From NCBI RefSeq assembly GCF_018977255.1, contig NW_024704742.1, positions 117,058,001 to 117,122,000 of the forward strand: a stretch of DNA of 64,000 nucleotides. The letters run 5' to 3'. Shown here piece after piece: positions 38,481 through 51,576 of this stretch. Under the pieces are notes generated by a model, which was not told the origin of the DNA, did not search any database, and was given only the letters and a program-made list of their open reading frames with translations. Each line of letters begins with the position of its first letter. The stretch's first letter is position 1. The position numbers and the translations under genes were made by a program. This DNA is from Callorhinchus milii (taxonomy: Eukaryota).

Positions 38481-39039
38481 ACCTACCCATAGCCACAAAG
38501 TGAAAGACAACTTTGGCTAGTCAGACACTTTCACATTTCAGACACTCAGTGTGAGCATCAAGAACCTCCGAGTCAGCTATTGGGCAGATACAGAGCAAAC
38601 GTCCATCCTCTATTGCGCTGGTGTGATAGTTGTCATTTTCCATACCACTGTCATTAGTGAAAATGGTCTATCAGTGGCACTGTTTTGATGTGAATTGACA
38701 CCACCTAAAAACTCTTGAGTCTCTAAAATTTCATTTAATAATAATAATGGTCCTTGCATTTGATATAATGCCCTATCACTTCATTGAGATGTCTCAAATC
38801 GCTTCACAAAATAATTAATATGATCAGCTAGCTTCAATTTCAATTTCTGTGAAGCGCTTTCAGTCAAACATTGTAGATGAAAATGTCTCCAATTAAACAC
38901 AAGAAGTTTGATTGTAATTCAGAGTACTTATTACCTGGAGGCTGATAATAGTTGGTCCACAATGATTCAAGGGGTTCTATTTGCTACATTTAATTGAATC
39001 TGACAAGTGGTGGAATAGGGAGGAAGCTTGGAACGATTG

Positions 39040-39263
39040 ATTGTATATGTGTGGGTGAAACGCAGCAGCCAATTGCGCACAGCAGTGTCCCACAAACAGT
39101 CGTGGATTGAGTGAGCCAATTATTATTTATTCATATTATTTTCCTGAGGGATTATTATCAGGCGTGTGGAGTCAGGAAACTTGCCCAAGGTTTCGTCCTG
39201 CTGGAAATCGAACCCAGATCACTTGCTTGTGAGACGAGCGCTCTAACCATTGAGCTACAGGAC
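39040..39263 (-). mobile_element. tRNA-derived SINE head and body (probable tail displaced to 38737-38810)
   Basis: Reverse complement of the consensus head and body. Confidence 0.9.
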
Positions 39264-39370
39264 ATTGCTGCACAAAATTGAAAGAGTTCAGCACGGATTG
39301 GCTTTTTCGACAATTCTGCCTTTTAGTTGTAATAAAGTTATAAAATAAATATAGTTGTAATTAGTTGCAA

Positions 39371-39666
39371 GGAGTCCTGTAGCTCAGTGGTTAGAGCACT
39401 TGCTTTGCAAACAAGAGGTTTGGGTTCGATTCCCAGCAGGGTGACACCTTGGGCAAGTTTCCTTACTCCACATGCCTGATAATAATCCCTCAAAAAAAAA
39501 ATTGGTCGTTTCAATCCACGACTGTTTCTGGGATACTGCTGTGCGCAATTGCCTGCTGCATTTCACCCACAAATATACAGTCAATTCACTTCACAGTCTA
39601 TTCTGTGAAGCGCTTTGAGACATCTAGAAGATGTGAGAAACGCTATATTAAATGCAAGGATTATTA
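39371..39666 (+). mobile_element. Full-length tRNA-derived SINE (short subfamily)
   Basis: Head with a perfect B box ggttcgattcc; body and tail present. Confidence 0.95.
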
Positions 39667-42413
39667 AAGTCTGTAGTACTGCCTTCGAAACGTTAATATC
39701 AGTCATTTAAATGCTAACTTATGGCCCAGCATAACTCTGTTTTGCAAATTATACGTCTTTTATCTGCTTGAGGACCAGTGCACTCTTATGGTTCATACAT
39801 TTGTCACTAACATTCTGAAAGTACCTCTTAAAAGAACTAAACATGTCATTCTTCAATGAACCTAAAAAAGAAGCATGTTACTTGAAATGTAGATTTTTTT
39901 NCAATATACAGTATTCATAAATTCAATTCTCATTCAGACCAAACCTACAAGGGCATATACCTGTACTGTCTTATCTGTGCTGTACTCAGACAGAAATGGG
40001 CTTGATCCAATGCTACATCTCATTAGAGTAATCCAGCCTTTGACACAGAAATGTGAGCATGGCTTTTTGTGGTCTGGTAGAAAGTGCCTTTTTTTAATGT
40101 TATTATCTTTCTTGCATGTTCACATATATATTTCATATGTTCTGTACTAGCAGTTTGCATACTTTATGACTAAGTGCTCAGACTTTATATTATAATCTAC
40201 TTATTGTTTCTGAAAATGGTAATTGTGCTGTCGGGGATGGAGCATTTGTCAAGCAGCAAAGCCTATAATTATCCCTGTCTAACTGTGTGTCAAGTTTTTT
40301 AAATTGTCCTTTTTGGGCAGTGATTGGTACAGATGGGAGGAATTTGGTAATGCAGGACATTGCCGCATGCAAATTGGCTGCGTTTTTTGTCTCCAAGATA
40401 TACTAGACACTACAACAAATCCCGTGAAATGTTTTTAGATCTTTTGTTGATGCAATAAGGATCTATATCAAATGCAAGAATTATTTTTCTTCATATTACA
40501 CATGGAGCCTAATAGATTCCAATCTTTCTTTCACATCATAATTTTCACATTTGGGATTAATTTTTTTTCCAATTTGCCTTAGCATTTTTTTCAAGTTAAT
40601 CTTGATCAACCATCACATGAAATTTTACTCTGTTTTAATGAACCATTTTGAAATATTAAAATATTTTGAAATATTAATAACTGTTACTTTTATTGTGCGA
40701 ATTGGGTGGGGAGAGGCAGTTAGTTTTGTGAGGATCATGAACTTCAACCATGAGTGTTTATTCTACCAAACATCTTTGAAAGATCTTTCTACTTTGAAAG
40801 ATAAATGCCTGCATTGCAGGACATTGCTAAGGTTAAAACGTATGAGACAAATAAGAGTTTTGTACTGGTATAACCCCTTTCACATAGAATGAATGACTCA
40901 AAAGAGCTTGACAGATATAATGGACAGTTCTGAGCAGGGAACCGGCAGATTTAAGGATATTGAACAAAGGCATGAGAGATATATTTTTAAGATGGTTTTG
41001 AAGACAAGGAGAGAAAAAGCAAATAACAACAACAAATTATATCGAATAGTGCTTTTCACGTCGGTAGGACGTCCCAAGGTGCTGGACGATGAAAGATAAA
41101 TAAAAAAGAAAATCAAATAGATATTGGAGAGAGATAATAAGAGAGTTTCAGAAAGACGGGGGTGAAGCCAAGCTTGGGTTTTAAAGTCCTTATTAGAGTG
41201 AGAAAATTGAGGGAGAGAAGGAGCTTCAGATCGTGGGAAAACATGATTAATGCTGTGTTAATACTGCTTATTTGGAGGCCAATCATCACAGTTTTGTTTG
41301 TGAATCATTGCCAAACCTACAACACAATCAAGGGCTCAAAAAGCACTGAACCCCTGCACCTGAAACCAGTGTTAGGAATGAATGCTGTGATTCATATCCA
41401 TGCAGTATAAATGCAGCGGGTTCAAATCATTCCCTGCCAAACTGCCCATCCACAATTCTCTGGCCATTGACTTTTGAAAACACTGCCCATAAGTGTCACT
41501 AAATAACTAGTCCCACATTTGCACATGTGCATTACGTTGAAATTGGGTATTATTTTATTCAGCCACATCCCAACTCAATACAATGCGTTATAGGAAATAG
41601 AATTAGGCTTCCTGCTCCACTCTATCACCTGGAACAGCCCACTATAACCACAGCATTGGAGTACATGATGGTGCACTACAATTGGATTTTTCAGTGCAGT
41701 GAAGAAAGGAGGAGAAAGAGTGTGTTCTGTAGTTTATTTGCCTCCTTGCACAGAACAAAAGGAGAGTTGAGCAACAATGATCACAGCAGTGTGGATACAA
41801 TGTAGAAATTTGTGACAGGTTGTGATGGAAAAAATGAGATCGGGTGTTGGGAGAGGGGAGTATGAAAAGGATAAAATAAAACATTTGTAGGTATTGTATT
41901 TTGCCTTGAAATGCGTTAAAGAAATGCTTTTGTGACTTTAAAAAAAACACACGCATTTTATCCAAGGTGGTCTTGGAGGATTATTTTGCTAATTCTGACC
42001 TTCAGACTCTGCTGTTTCTTGCCATCAAAAAGAGCGAATACAAGTTGCATTTTATTAAGTGCCACTGAACAGCTGTCACACCAAAGCATTGCTCAGAGAC
42101 ATTGGAGAATTTTGCTTTCATTTCTCCATTTTATTTTCCAGAGGAAAAAATAATAAATGTTCCAGTAGCTTTTATCTGTCGAGATGTTTAGGCGATCAAT
42201 AGTTTCATTTTCACATTTATATTTAAAAAATCAAATGAATTTGGTTGAATAAAAGTGATATTTTATAGGCTAAATAAAGTTGGATATTCGCTTCATGGTT
42301 GTTCATGGGACAATGCTGTGTGTAAATTGGTGGCACGTTTGCCTACAAAAATACATAGTCACTATGCTTTACAATGAATTCTATGAAGCACTTTGAGATG
42401 ATAAAAGGCTGTA

Positions 42414-42546
42414 TGGTCAACTCCTGATAACTCAACCCTGAATTAACTTGTCACTACCACTTAAGTTAAAATGCCTAAGTCGCCACTCCTGATAACTCAT
42501 CAATGAGCCCTTTTCCCTTGGAGCAATGAGTTGTCAGAATTTCCTG
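42414..42546. mobile_element. pogo/Tigger-like MITE (133 bp) inserted in a SINE tail
   Basis: TA duplication (42412-13 and 42547-48); imperfect TIRs ggtcaactcctgataactc / gagttgtcagaatttcctg; internal repeat of actcctgataactca near 42486. Confidence 0.7.
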
Positions 42547-43058
42547 TATATGAAATGTAAGGATTATTATTTTATTCAGAACTGCCAACGAGAGAAGAGT
42601 GGATACTTAATTCTTAATTTTTACCCAAAGATCCAGTTGATGAATTCCATGTTGACATCAAAATAGTACATTTTTAATTTTAACAATTTCTAAACAAATT
42701 AATTTTAAAGTATAATTTGTAATGAAATGCACTATTATTATGTTGATATAAGGCTTTACATCTAAATATCATTTTATTAAGGTCCAGATGCTTCTTTAAT
42801 CCATTTTAAAACCATTATGTGTAATAATGCTTAGCCCTGGGTTGTGAAGCTGTTGCCTTTAAGACTATGGCTCTGCTTTCCCTTGGTTTATAGTTATAGG
42901 AGTTACCTGCATGAGATTTAAAACTGTGTCCATCTGAGAAGTGATGAGAATACCTGCCCTGTAAAATCTAATTGTTATTGATTAATCCTATAAATTGCTC
43001 CTAAAAATTTGAAATGTATAAAACATGAGTTCATTACTTTTGTTTTAGGAGATTTTTT

Positions 43059-43441
43059 TAGAAACATAGAAAGAAAGATAGGAACAGGAGTAGACCATTC
43101 AGCCCCTCAAGCCTCTTCTGCCATTCTATAAGATTATGGTTGATCTGTACATTGAATCCAATTACCTGCCCTTGCCCCGTATCCTTTGATACCCTGACCT
43201 AACAATAATCTATCAACCTCAATCTTGAAAATGTGAATGTATCCATCATTCACAGCCCTTTGGGGGAGAAAGTTCCAGATTTCCACTGGCTTTTGGGTGA
43301 ATAGTGCCTCCTAATTTCATTCCTAATTGGCCTAGCTCTAATTTTAAGATTACGCCCGCTTGTTCTGAATTCCTCCACCAGAGGAAATAGTTTATTTACA
43401 TCTACCCCATCGAATCCCTTTATTATTTTAAAAACATCAAT
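43059..43441 (-). mobile_element. CR1 3' fragment
   Basis: tagaaacatagaaa tail; ggagtagaccattcagcccctc; ctaattttaagattacgccc. Confidence 0.85.
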
Positions 43442-43554
43442 TTGATTTTTTCTTGTTCATATAAAGTGCTTGTTTTCATTGTTGCTTGTATTTTTTTTCC
43501 CTTGTGTTTCTTCTGTTTGGTAAATTATAATCTTCAAACAGCAGCACCACCACC

Positions 43555-44113
43555 AACAACAAAATTACATTTATCTAGCACCTTTCATGTAGGGAGGATG
43601 TCCCAAGGCACAGGAAAAGACAGAGTTTCAGACCCAAGCTGGGGGTTGGGATCAGGGAGGGTGGAGGTCGGGGATGGAGGTAGGGAGATTGAAAGCACTA
43701 TCGAAGAGGAGGGTCTTGAGATGGGTCATTGAAAGAGGCAAGGGAGGGGCAAGACTGAGAGACTGCAAGATGGAGTTCCAGAGGGTGGGGGCAGAATGGC
43801 AGAAGGCCCGCCCTCCAATAGTGGGGCGAGCGAGGCGGGGGATGTGAAGCAGGCTGGAGCCCGCTGAGCGGAGGGAGTGAACAGAATGGTAAGGGGTTAG
43901 GAGGTTGCAGAAGTAGGGGGGAGCAAGATGGTGGAGGGCTTTGAAGATGAAGACCAGGATCTTGAACTGTAGTTGGACGAGGATGGGGTGAGTTACGGAG
44001 CCTGGCGCGGGAGAGTTCTGGATGATCTGCAGTCTACAGAGGGAGGAGTTGGGGAGGCTGACAAGCAATGAATGTGCATAGTTAAGCCTCGATGTAATGA
44101 AAGCATTAACCAA
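43555..44113 (-). mobile_element. L2 3' fragment
   Basis: AFITSRLNYAHSLL, GGRAFCHSAPTLWNS and LKTLLFDSAF. Confidence 0.92.
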
Positions 44114-45517
44114 AGGGACAGGTGTTATAATCTCAGGATTGAACTATGTGATATTCTTAAAAAAGCTCAAGAAGGGGGGTGGGGCTGAGATTGTCTTTCA
44201 TTGACTAATTCTCAAATTGCACATACCTTCCTCTTTCTTGCCTCAGCCACAAAAACATATACTGAAATAACATGTTTCACATTAGAAGAATATCTTAAGT
44301 GGTTTGCAAAGATTAAGTAAGCAGGAGCGTGAGCTGGTGGGTGTTGGAAGGTGAATGAAAGCACAGACAACGAAGTAAATCTCCAGGAGGCAATTGAAAA
44401 CAGGGAAGGGACAATCAAGAGGAAATTTCTGTGATAGGCTGAAAGGAATATCTGTGAGAGGCTGAGAGGACACGGAAGAGGGAATTTCTATGAGACGCTG
44501 AAGGCTCGCTTGTGAGGAGGACAAATTCGGCAAGAGTACAAATTGAGCTGGAGTTGACGGAATAGGGGGAGTGCTGGTGGAGTAGAGTTACAAGAAATCA
44601 AAGAGACTCAGTATCGCTGTTAGTACATACTTTGGGAGTTTCTTGAAGGATGTGATTAAATGGGTCAAAGAACTATTTTATTTGTTGAACTTCTCTTGTG
44701 ATGTTGTGAGCCTTCTATGTTGTACAATCGAGATGAACTTGTGCCAATTACGTGTGTTAACCTGGGTGGTACCTGAGCTGTGTTCTTCCCTATCCCAACT
44801 CATTAAATATTTAAAGTGCATTTGGTATAGACAAACCTCTCTTACCTCTTCTGTGTGCACTATGTGGTATTTTGACATTTGCAAAGCAGCTCTAGGAGTT
44901 ACAGCTGTAGGAGTAATTCCCTTTTGCAACCAAATCCTTGAGCTATCCAGAGTGCTGAAATATTTAAACAGAGCACTCAATTCCACAGAGTTAAACAAAA
45001 TTAATTAGAAATGGAACAAGGCAATGTTAAATTTTAAATATTCTTAATGCCCTATATCTTACATAATGCCATTTTATGTATAGCCAAAGCAACATAATTA
45101 CATTCTTGTTAGCCAGCTGCAGATAACAGTAATTAGAGAACACAAGGTGGATTAAGGACATTTTACCCATTAACCTCGAAAACTGTGGATATCTTAAAAA
45201 CATAGACATTCACTGCATATACACAGCCTGTCACTCATTTCCCCACTGGAATGGTGAATGTTTGATTCTGAAACCACCAGAAAGACATTTAATGTACTTA
45301 TTTTCAAAATATTGTCCTAGGACAGCCACTTCTTTAAGATGTTTTTGAGAACCTTAGAAAACCAGGTTTTCTAGTGGTTGTTTTGCAACTGTTATTGAAA
45401 GAGCCATAAGAATGTTCTTTATACCATGGGTAGGTGTATGACAAAGAGCAATACTAATAGATCTGGTTATTGAAAGATCCTGGAGTTGAATTCACCCTGA
45501 CACAACATAATACAATT

Positions 45518-46203
45518 GAATCCTGTAGTTCAGTGGTTAAGAGTACTCGCCTTACAAGCGAGACACCTGGGTTCAGTTCCAGACAGGGCGAAACCCTGGG
45601 CAAGTTTTCTTACTCCACATGCCTGATGATAATCCCTCCAAAACAAAACAATAATAAATTGGTCATTTTCAATCCATGACTGTTCCACAACTGAGACTCC
45701 ATCCGGCGTGGAGGGCGCTATATAAATCCAAGTTGTTGTTGTTGGGATCCGCTATGCGCAATTGGCTGCCATGTTTCGCCCACAAATATACAGTCAATTC
45801 ACTTTACAGCATAATCTGTGAAGCACTTTGAGACGTCTAGAAGGCGCTATATCAAAATGCAAGGATCATTATTATTATTATTGTTATTATAGGAGTCCTG
45901 TAGCTAGAGCACTCGCTTTGCAAGTGAGACACCTGAGTTCAATTCCAGGCAGGGCGAAGCCTTGGGCAAGTTTCCTTACCCCACACGCCTAATAATAATC
46001 CCTCCAAAAAAACAAAACAATAATAAATTGGTTATTTTCAATCCATGACTGTTTGTGGGACACTGCTGTGCGCAATTGTCTGCCACGTTCACCCACAAAT
46101 ATACAGTCAATTCACTTTACAGTACATTCTGTGAAGTGCTTTGGGACGTCTAGAATACGTGAAAAGCGCTATATCAAATGCAAGGATTATTATTATTATT
46201 ATT
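45518..46203 (+). mobile_element. Two head-to-tail SINEs (45518-45890 and 45892-46203); the first carries an L2-type stub at about 45685-45744
   Basis: Two complete head-body-tail units; the second begins immediately after the (TTA)n tail of the first. Confidence 0.93.
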
Positions 46204-47938
46204 GCTCTAGCAGGCATAACAAGACTGAAAGTACAGAAATAGTCTGTAAATTCAGAGATTTCATAAAGATTTGAAATACAGCTGCCAATTGATGCATTCC
46301 TACAACCTGCATTACAGGTTATTCCATTGACTTTCAATAACTCTGAAATATTTTTCATTTTGCAGTGGGGTGACTAAGATGTATTTGTTTGATAAACAGC
46401 AATGCTATCGCTTCTGTAAAACTTGTTCATCACATGGATGTGCATGTGAAAACACTGTGCTGAGCAGAACATGAATCAAACCTGCTTGTCTTGTCAACTT
46501 CACTGGCAGACTTCAATGTCATTTAATCAGTGGAAAGTGGCCCATGTTTGTAACTGTGGGGCACAGACATTATAAGTCCTGCGATAACCAAGAATCCTTT
46601 TGGTCTTATGTATTTAGGCGAGTGTATACGCGTAATACTTAAAAGTAATAATAATATAATCTGAATTAAAGCTTTTTTTTTCATCTTGCATAGAAACCAA
46701 CCAAATGGTATCAGGCTGTGCCCTAACCTTCTTCCCTTTTCCTAATATTTAGGTTTCTTACTTCACAAAGTTCTGTCCAAATCAAATGAATCCTCAATTT
46801 CCTGCTGAAATAACCCATTACCCTTGAATCCAAAAGATTCAGGATGTCTTTTTACATTTTTAGATTTTCCATTCAAAGTCTGGATTTTTATTTAATCAAT
46901 CTGCTTTGGTTCATACAGTTGCTCTGAACTCCTTTGTGCCTTGCAATTCAGAAACGCACGACTGACTGATCTAACAAAATGTCTCACTATTAGTTTCCAG
47001 CTCATGTGTAATTCAAAATACACATCACTGGCAAACAAAACATTGCCAATAAAAGTGATAGCACTTTCTTAGCATAATCTTGGGTTGGAAGCTTTTTTTT
47101 CTTCCAAAATCCTAAAAGGAATTGACTGTAAAAGTAATAAAAGATCAAATGGAATCATGTTTCCTTATTATGATGTCTGTTTCTATGGTAATGCTGATAT
47201 TTTTTGTTTCCCTTTCTCTATCAGGCTGCCTTTCATCTCTGTCCAGTCTGAGGAGTCCTGGTGCTCGTCTCCCACATTTCTTCGATCTTTCCATCTATTT
47301 GCAGGTATGCCATTTCAATCTATTTGAGGGACATTGCTGTGTGCAAACTGGCTGATGTGTTTGCCTACAATATATTTGTTTTGCACTAAGAGTAATCTCA
47401 GTAAAGCACTTTGCAATGTTGTGGCATTTTGTCCCAGTATTAAATGCAAGGATTATTATAACATACTGAATACTTAAGCCTTACTTAAGTCTTAAGGAAT
47501 CTTTTAACTTAGACTACAAGTTACTAGATCTAATATACAATGTCCGCAAAACAAACATTATGTTAATTGCAGTAGCGAATATTGAATTGAAAGATTTGTG
47601 TGAGGTTTGCAAAATGATAAATTGTGAAGCTGACAAGCTGGCAACATACGAAGGGAAAGACTGGAGCAAAAAGCCATTGGGACAATATAGGTGGCTTAGG
47701 GTTTGGTGGCTTAGGGTTTGCCATTCTTATCTGCCAAATGTACACAAATCAGACAATGTGATATTAGCAAACTGGAGCTGGCAATTTTGGTGAAGACAGT
47801 ATCACATTTTAGACCTTAACATGCAAACACGTGGATTGTGCCCTTTTTCTTTCTTCTGTATCATTTTAAGCTTTTCATTTGCCTGGCTGGTGTCATGCCT
47901 TACAGCGAAATTTCTTTTTTTTCCCTTTGTTTTGCTAG

Positions 47939-48143
47939 GTTCCTGATGGTGAGAAAATAAGAAACAAAATCATCAATTATCAGCTGACAATGCTGAAACT
48001 TCACCACTAAAGACTTGAGATACCTGAGAGAGTGAGTTAAACATACAAGCCCAAACCATAGTCTCCCAATCTGGTCAGTTCATTCGTGGCTGTTCAGTAA
48101 ATCGCCTACATCAGTCTGTTTACTGAAGAAAGGCTGCCTAAGA
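47939..48143 (+). other. SV2C: Probable 5' UTR part of the SV2C first coding exon
   Basis: Strong acceptor: polypyrimidine tract tttctttttttttccctttgttttgcTAG ending at 47938, 205 nt upstream of the ATG. Mammalian SV2C also has its ATG inside exon 2. Confidence 0.7.
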
Positions 48144-48714
48144 ATGGATGATGCTTACATGGACAGGACTGCCCTCAAGAAGGGAGCCAAAGACATTGCC
48201 AAGGAGGTTAAAAGACACACGGTAAAGAAGGTGAACAAAGGCGCGGACCATCCAGAAGAATACACCCAGAAGTATTATAGCCATTATCAAGATGATGAGG
48301 AGGACTACAAGTACAAAGGTGAAACTTATGGTGAAGAAACTCATGAAGATGAAGGATCAAGTGAAGCTACAGAAGGCCATGATGATGAGGATGAGATTTA
48401 TGAAGGAGAATATCAGGGAATTCCAAACCTGGCTCAAAACAAGGAGAACCAGGTAGCCATAGGGCAACCAATCTCGGATGAATACAAGGACCGTGAAGAG
48501 CTTGATGCGGAGAGGAGAGCTGATGAGGAGGAGCTGGCACAGCAGTACGAGCTCATCATCCAGGAGTGCGGACACGGTCGCTTCCAGTGGGGACTCTTTT
48601 TTGTCTTAGGATTGTCTCTCATGGCTGACGGGGTGGAGATGTTTGTGGTGGGATTTGTCTTGCCGAGCGCTGAGACAGATATGTGTGTAGAAAACGCCAG
48701 CACCGGATGGCTTG
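48144..48714 (+). CDS. SV2C: Synaptic vesicle glycoprotein 2C, first coding exon (cytoplasmic N-terminus, TM1 and first luminal loop); 190 codons plus 1 nt; gene continues beyond the window
   Basis: The translation MDDAYMDRTALKKGAKDIAKEVK...EGSSEATEGHDDEDEIYEGEYQGIP...DEEELAQQYELIIQECGHGRFQWGLFFVLGLSLMADGVEMFVVGFVLPSAETDMC...GWLG matches the SV2 family. DRT-L-KGAKDIA, GQP--DEYKDR-EL and GWLG are SV2C-type. A strong donor CTTG|GTGAGT at 48715 (phase 1) falls where the mammalian first coding exon ends. Confidence 0.95.
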
Positions 48715-50554
48715 GTGAGTAACAAAATCATATCAATCTTCCCTCTTGCATCCAGAATATGCTGTAAAGGGCAATGATTATGTCTGAACCTTTCATTCAG
48801 TGTAACGATTTCATTGCGGCCTCAGGCTAATATTAAATGTGTATTTCTGGTCATTAAACAATTACCAAATAAAAGATAGCATTTGGGGCAATGTTAAATG
48901 GGACGGAATAAAATATTTCATTAGTGTAATCCTAGGCCTGATTTCCTTCAATGGGGTTCAAAGAGTGTTTGTCAGAAAAACGGCAGAGTAAACTGTATGT
49001 TGATACCAGAAGAAATATTTTGGCATGTAAAGTCTGTCTCCTCTCTCCTGTGCATCACCTCAAACCATAAGAACTTGGCTCAAGGTGATCTCAGGTCAGA
49101 GCCCTGTAGGTCCCTTCCCACACACACATATAACTAGATGCCTTTTAAATCCTGAATTAATTTTCCTGCCATTGTGCCATTTTTTGTCAAGTCATGTCAA
49201 GGTGTCATTTTTCTTTCTGGAAGCAAGGGAATGGATTAAGGTGTGCGAGGGAGATGGATGAAGACTTGCAGAGCGAGGGGATGTATTGGGCTGTGGGAGG
49301 GAGATGGACAAAGACTTGGGATTGTTCCCTCTCATTCCCTTGGCTGCCGTGTTCTGCCCACAAATATACAGTAAATCCACTTTACAATATATTCTGTGAA
49401 GCATTTTGAGACGTCCTCCCGACATGAAAGGCGCTATACAAATGTAATTTGTTGTGCTATTTACACTGCCGTTTATCTTTTGGGTGCCTTTTCAATCACC
49501 CATATTGCCATCTAAATGATGCCCGCATTGCCTTAAAGAAAAGAAAATGAAAGAAAACCCACATTAACAGAAATGTCATTCATTAAATCTAATGACATAT
49601 TTTCTAGACAAATATCAATTATATGGATCGTTTATTAATAATAATATTAAGCATATTAAAGCAAATGCTGGAGTAATGCCAAGTAATACTAATAGAGAAA
49701 TGCTCATTTCATCATGTATGAATACCGTGGTGTATATTATATACAAATCATAGGTCTTTACTATTTCAGCATTCTTGATGGATTTAGTATTTTAACCACA
49801 AAGAGTTTCAAATTGTAACAATAACATCTAGACATTTTGCCAACTAGATTTGCAGTGTTTGGCAATTTAAAATACAAGATTATTTGGCAAATATTTTCTC
49901 TATATATGATAATTGTTCCAGCTGCTGTTACAAATTCTAGCTGGTACATGTTTTGAGTTTGGAATGTTGAAGGGCAACCAAACACTTTGCTGAGTGAAGA
50001 AATCTAGGCTGTGTTTGTACAGATTGTGTTTGCACCACAATATGGGAGAAGAAGGTTTAGCACTACATTATAAAGAGACCTAATTTGCTTCATGTGTGCA
50101 AATGAATGTTCAAATACGGGGAAGGATAGGTACGTCCTTACAATATTATTAACTTTCTTATTACTTCAAAACTTGAGTAACAAGAATGTTAATATTGTAT
50201 ACACAAATACAATATAAAAAACAGAGTCAAGGGAAGAACTCTTCCCATAAGTATTACCCATGCTGCTTTAACCTTTGCTTTTACAACAATATTGGAAAAA
50301 AATTCCCTTGCAATGTAAACTGAATTTTCTGCACGGAATCTCATGCATGTTAGGTCAACCTTAGCTCCCTTAGCTCCCACCCAGGATTGCCTCAGAGCTC
50401 AGAATGCAAGAGTTGACAGAAAATGTTTTTTTTGGGTCAGCTGGGTGTCTGCTGTACAGGTTGTGTGTCTGGGTGTCATACCACACATCAGAGTACTTTT
50501 TGAAAAAAAACCAATCCTTAACATAGTTCCTTTCCTGTCGGGACGATGTTTTAA

Positions 50555-50790
50555 AGGATAAACTGTAAAATGTAAATGACTGTATTTTGTAGGCGAATGT
50601 GGCAGCCATTTTGTGCACTGCAATGTCCCTAGAATAGCCATGATGTGAATGCCCAATTTTATTTGGGGGAATGTTGGCTTGGACTCTGGGAGAAACTTCC
50701 TTCTCTCTTCCAATAATGCTATGGGATCTTTTAGCATCCACCTGAGAATGCATTGGATTACTGCTGAAGTAAAATGCAGTTTAAATTGGA
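50555..50790 (-). mobile_element. Deu-domain SINE relic
   Basis: Reverse complement gcagccattttgtgcac...gggagaaacttcc...atgggatcttttagcatccacctgag. Confidence 0.75.
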
Positions 50791-51576
50791 AAGGGATTAG
50801 TTTTAGTCATTTGCCAGTTATGTGTGTTTTTGCTCTTTGAACACTTTTTCAGCCTCATTATTAAGTGCTTTGTTTCTTGGTCCAATACATATTATTTTTT
50901 ACTTATCCAGAGTAAAATCCATCTACCATTCCTTAATTTGTCCAAATCCCTTATACAAATGCTCTGGCCATGCAATTTGATGTTATTGGGAAATAGTATT
51001 ATTAGAAATAATAATTATTTTGATGTATCATTATGAATAGAGTGAATAGACCTTTACAAAACTCTTGTTACAGTAGTTACTGTCTTCAACAAGCATTTTC
51101 AGACTTAAGAATCCCTTCCTTCTTCCCTCGGCAAATTCCCTTTCCAATCCAAGCATCTAATTTGTCATTAATTCCATGAGCGTTTAATCTATAAAAGCCT
51201 CACACGAGCAAATTGACTGGATCCTTAGTACTACTGAGCAGTGATGAGGTTTAGAAAATAAAGAGAAATGTGATGATGTCTTTACAAATTGGTATTACAA
51301 AAAGCAATTATTAATTCATCATAGTTTGACACGAAGGACACAGAGGCCTGGATTAGTACTAGTTTTCTGGTGTCGTGATGTTGACAGTGGCAAGACACAT
51401 TATCTGCATTATCTGCTTGTGCACCGTTGTAGCACTGGTAACTCAAGGAGGGTAACTCAAAATTTACAATTACTACTACACACACACTGTGGCAACAATT
51501 GTTATCTGATACAAACAGTGGCCTGTTTCTGTTCCTGTTTCCCTCTTTCTGATCTTAATGTTAGCCATTATTTGGC

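Noticed and set aside
47690..47719. ggtggcttagggttt x2, containing TTAGGG
   Set aside because: It is a simple 15-bp tandem duplication, too short to call an interstitial telomere.
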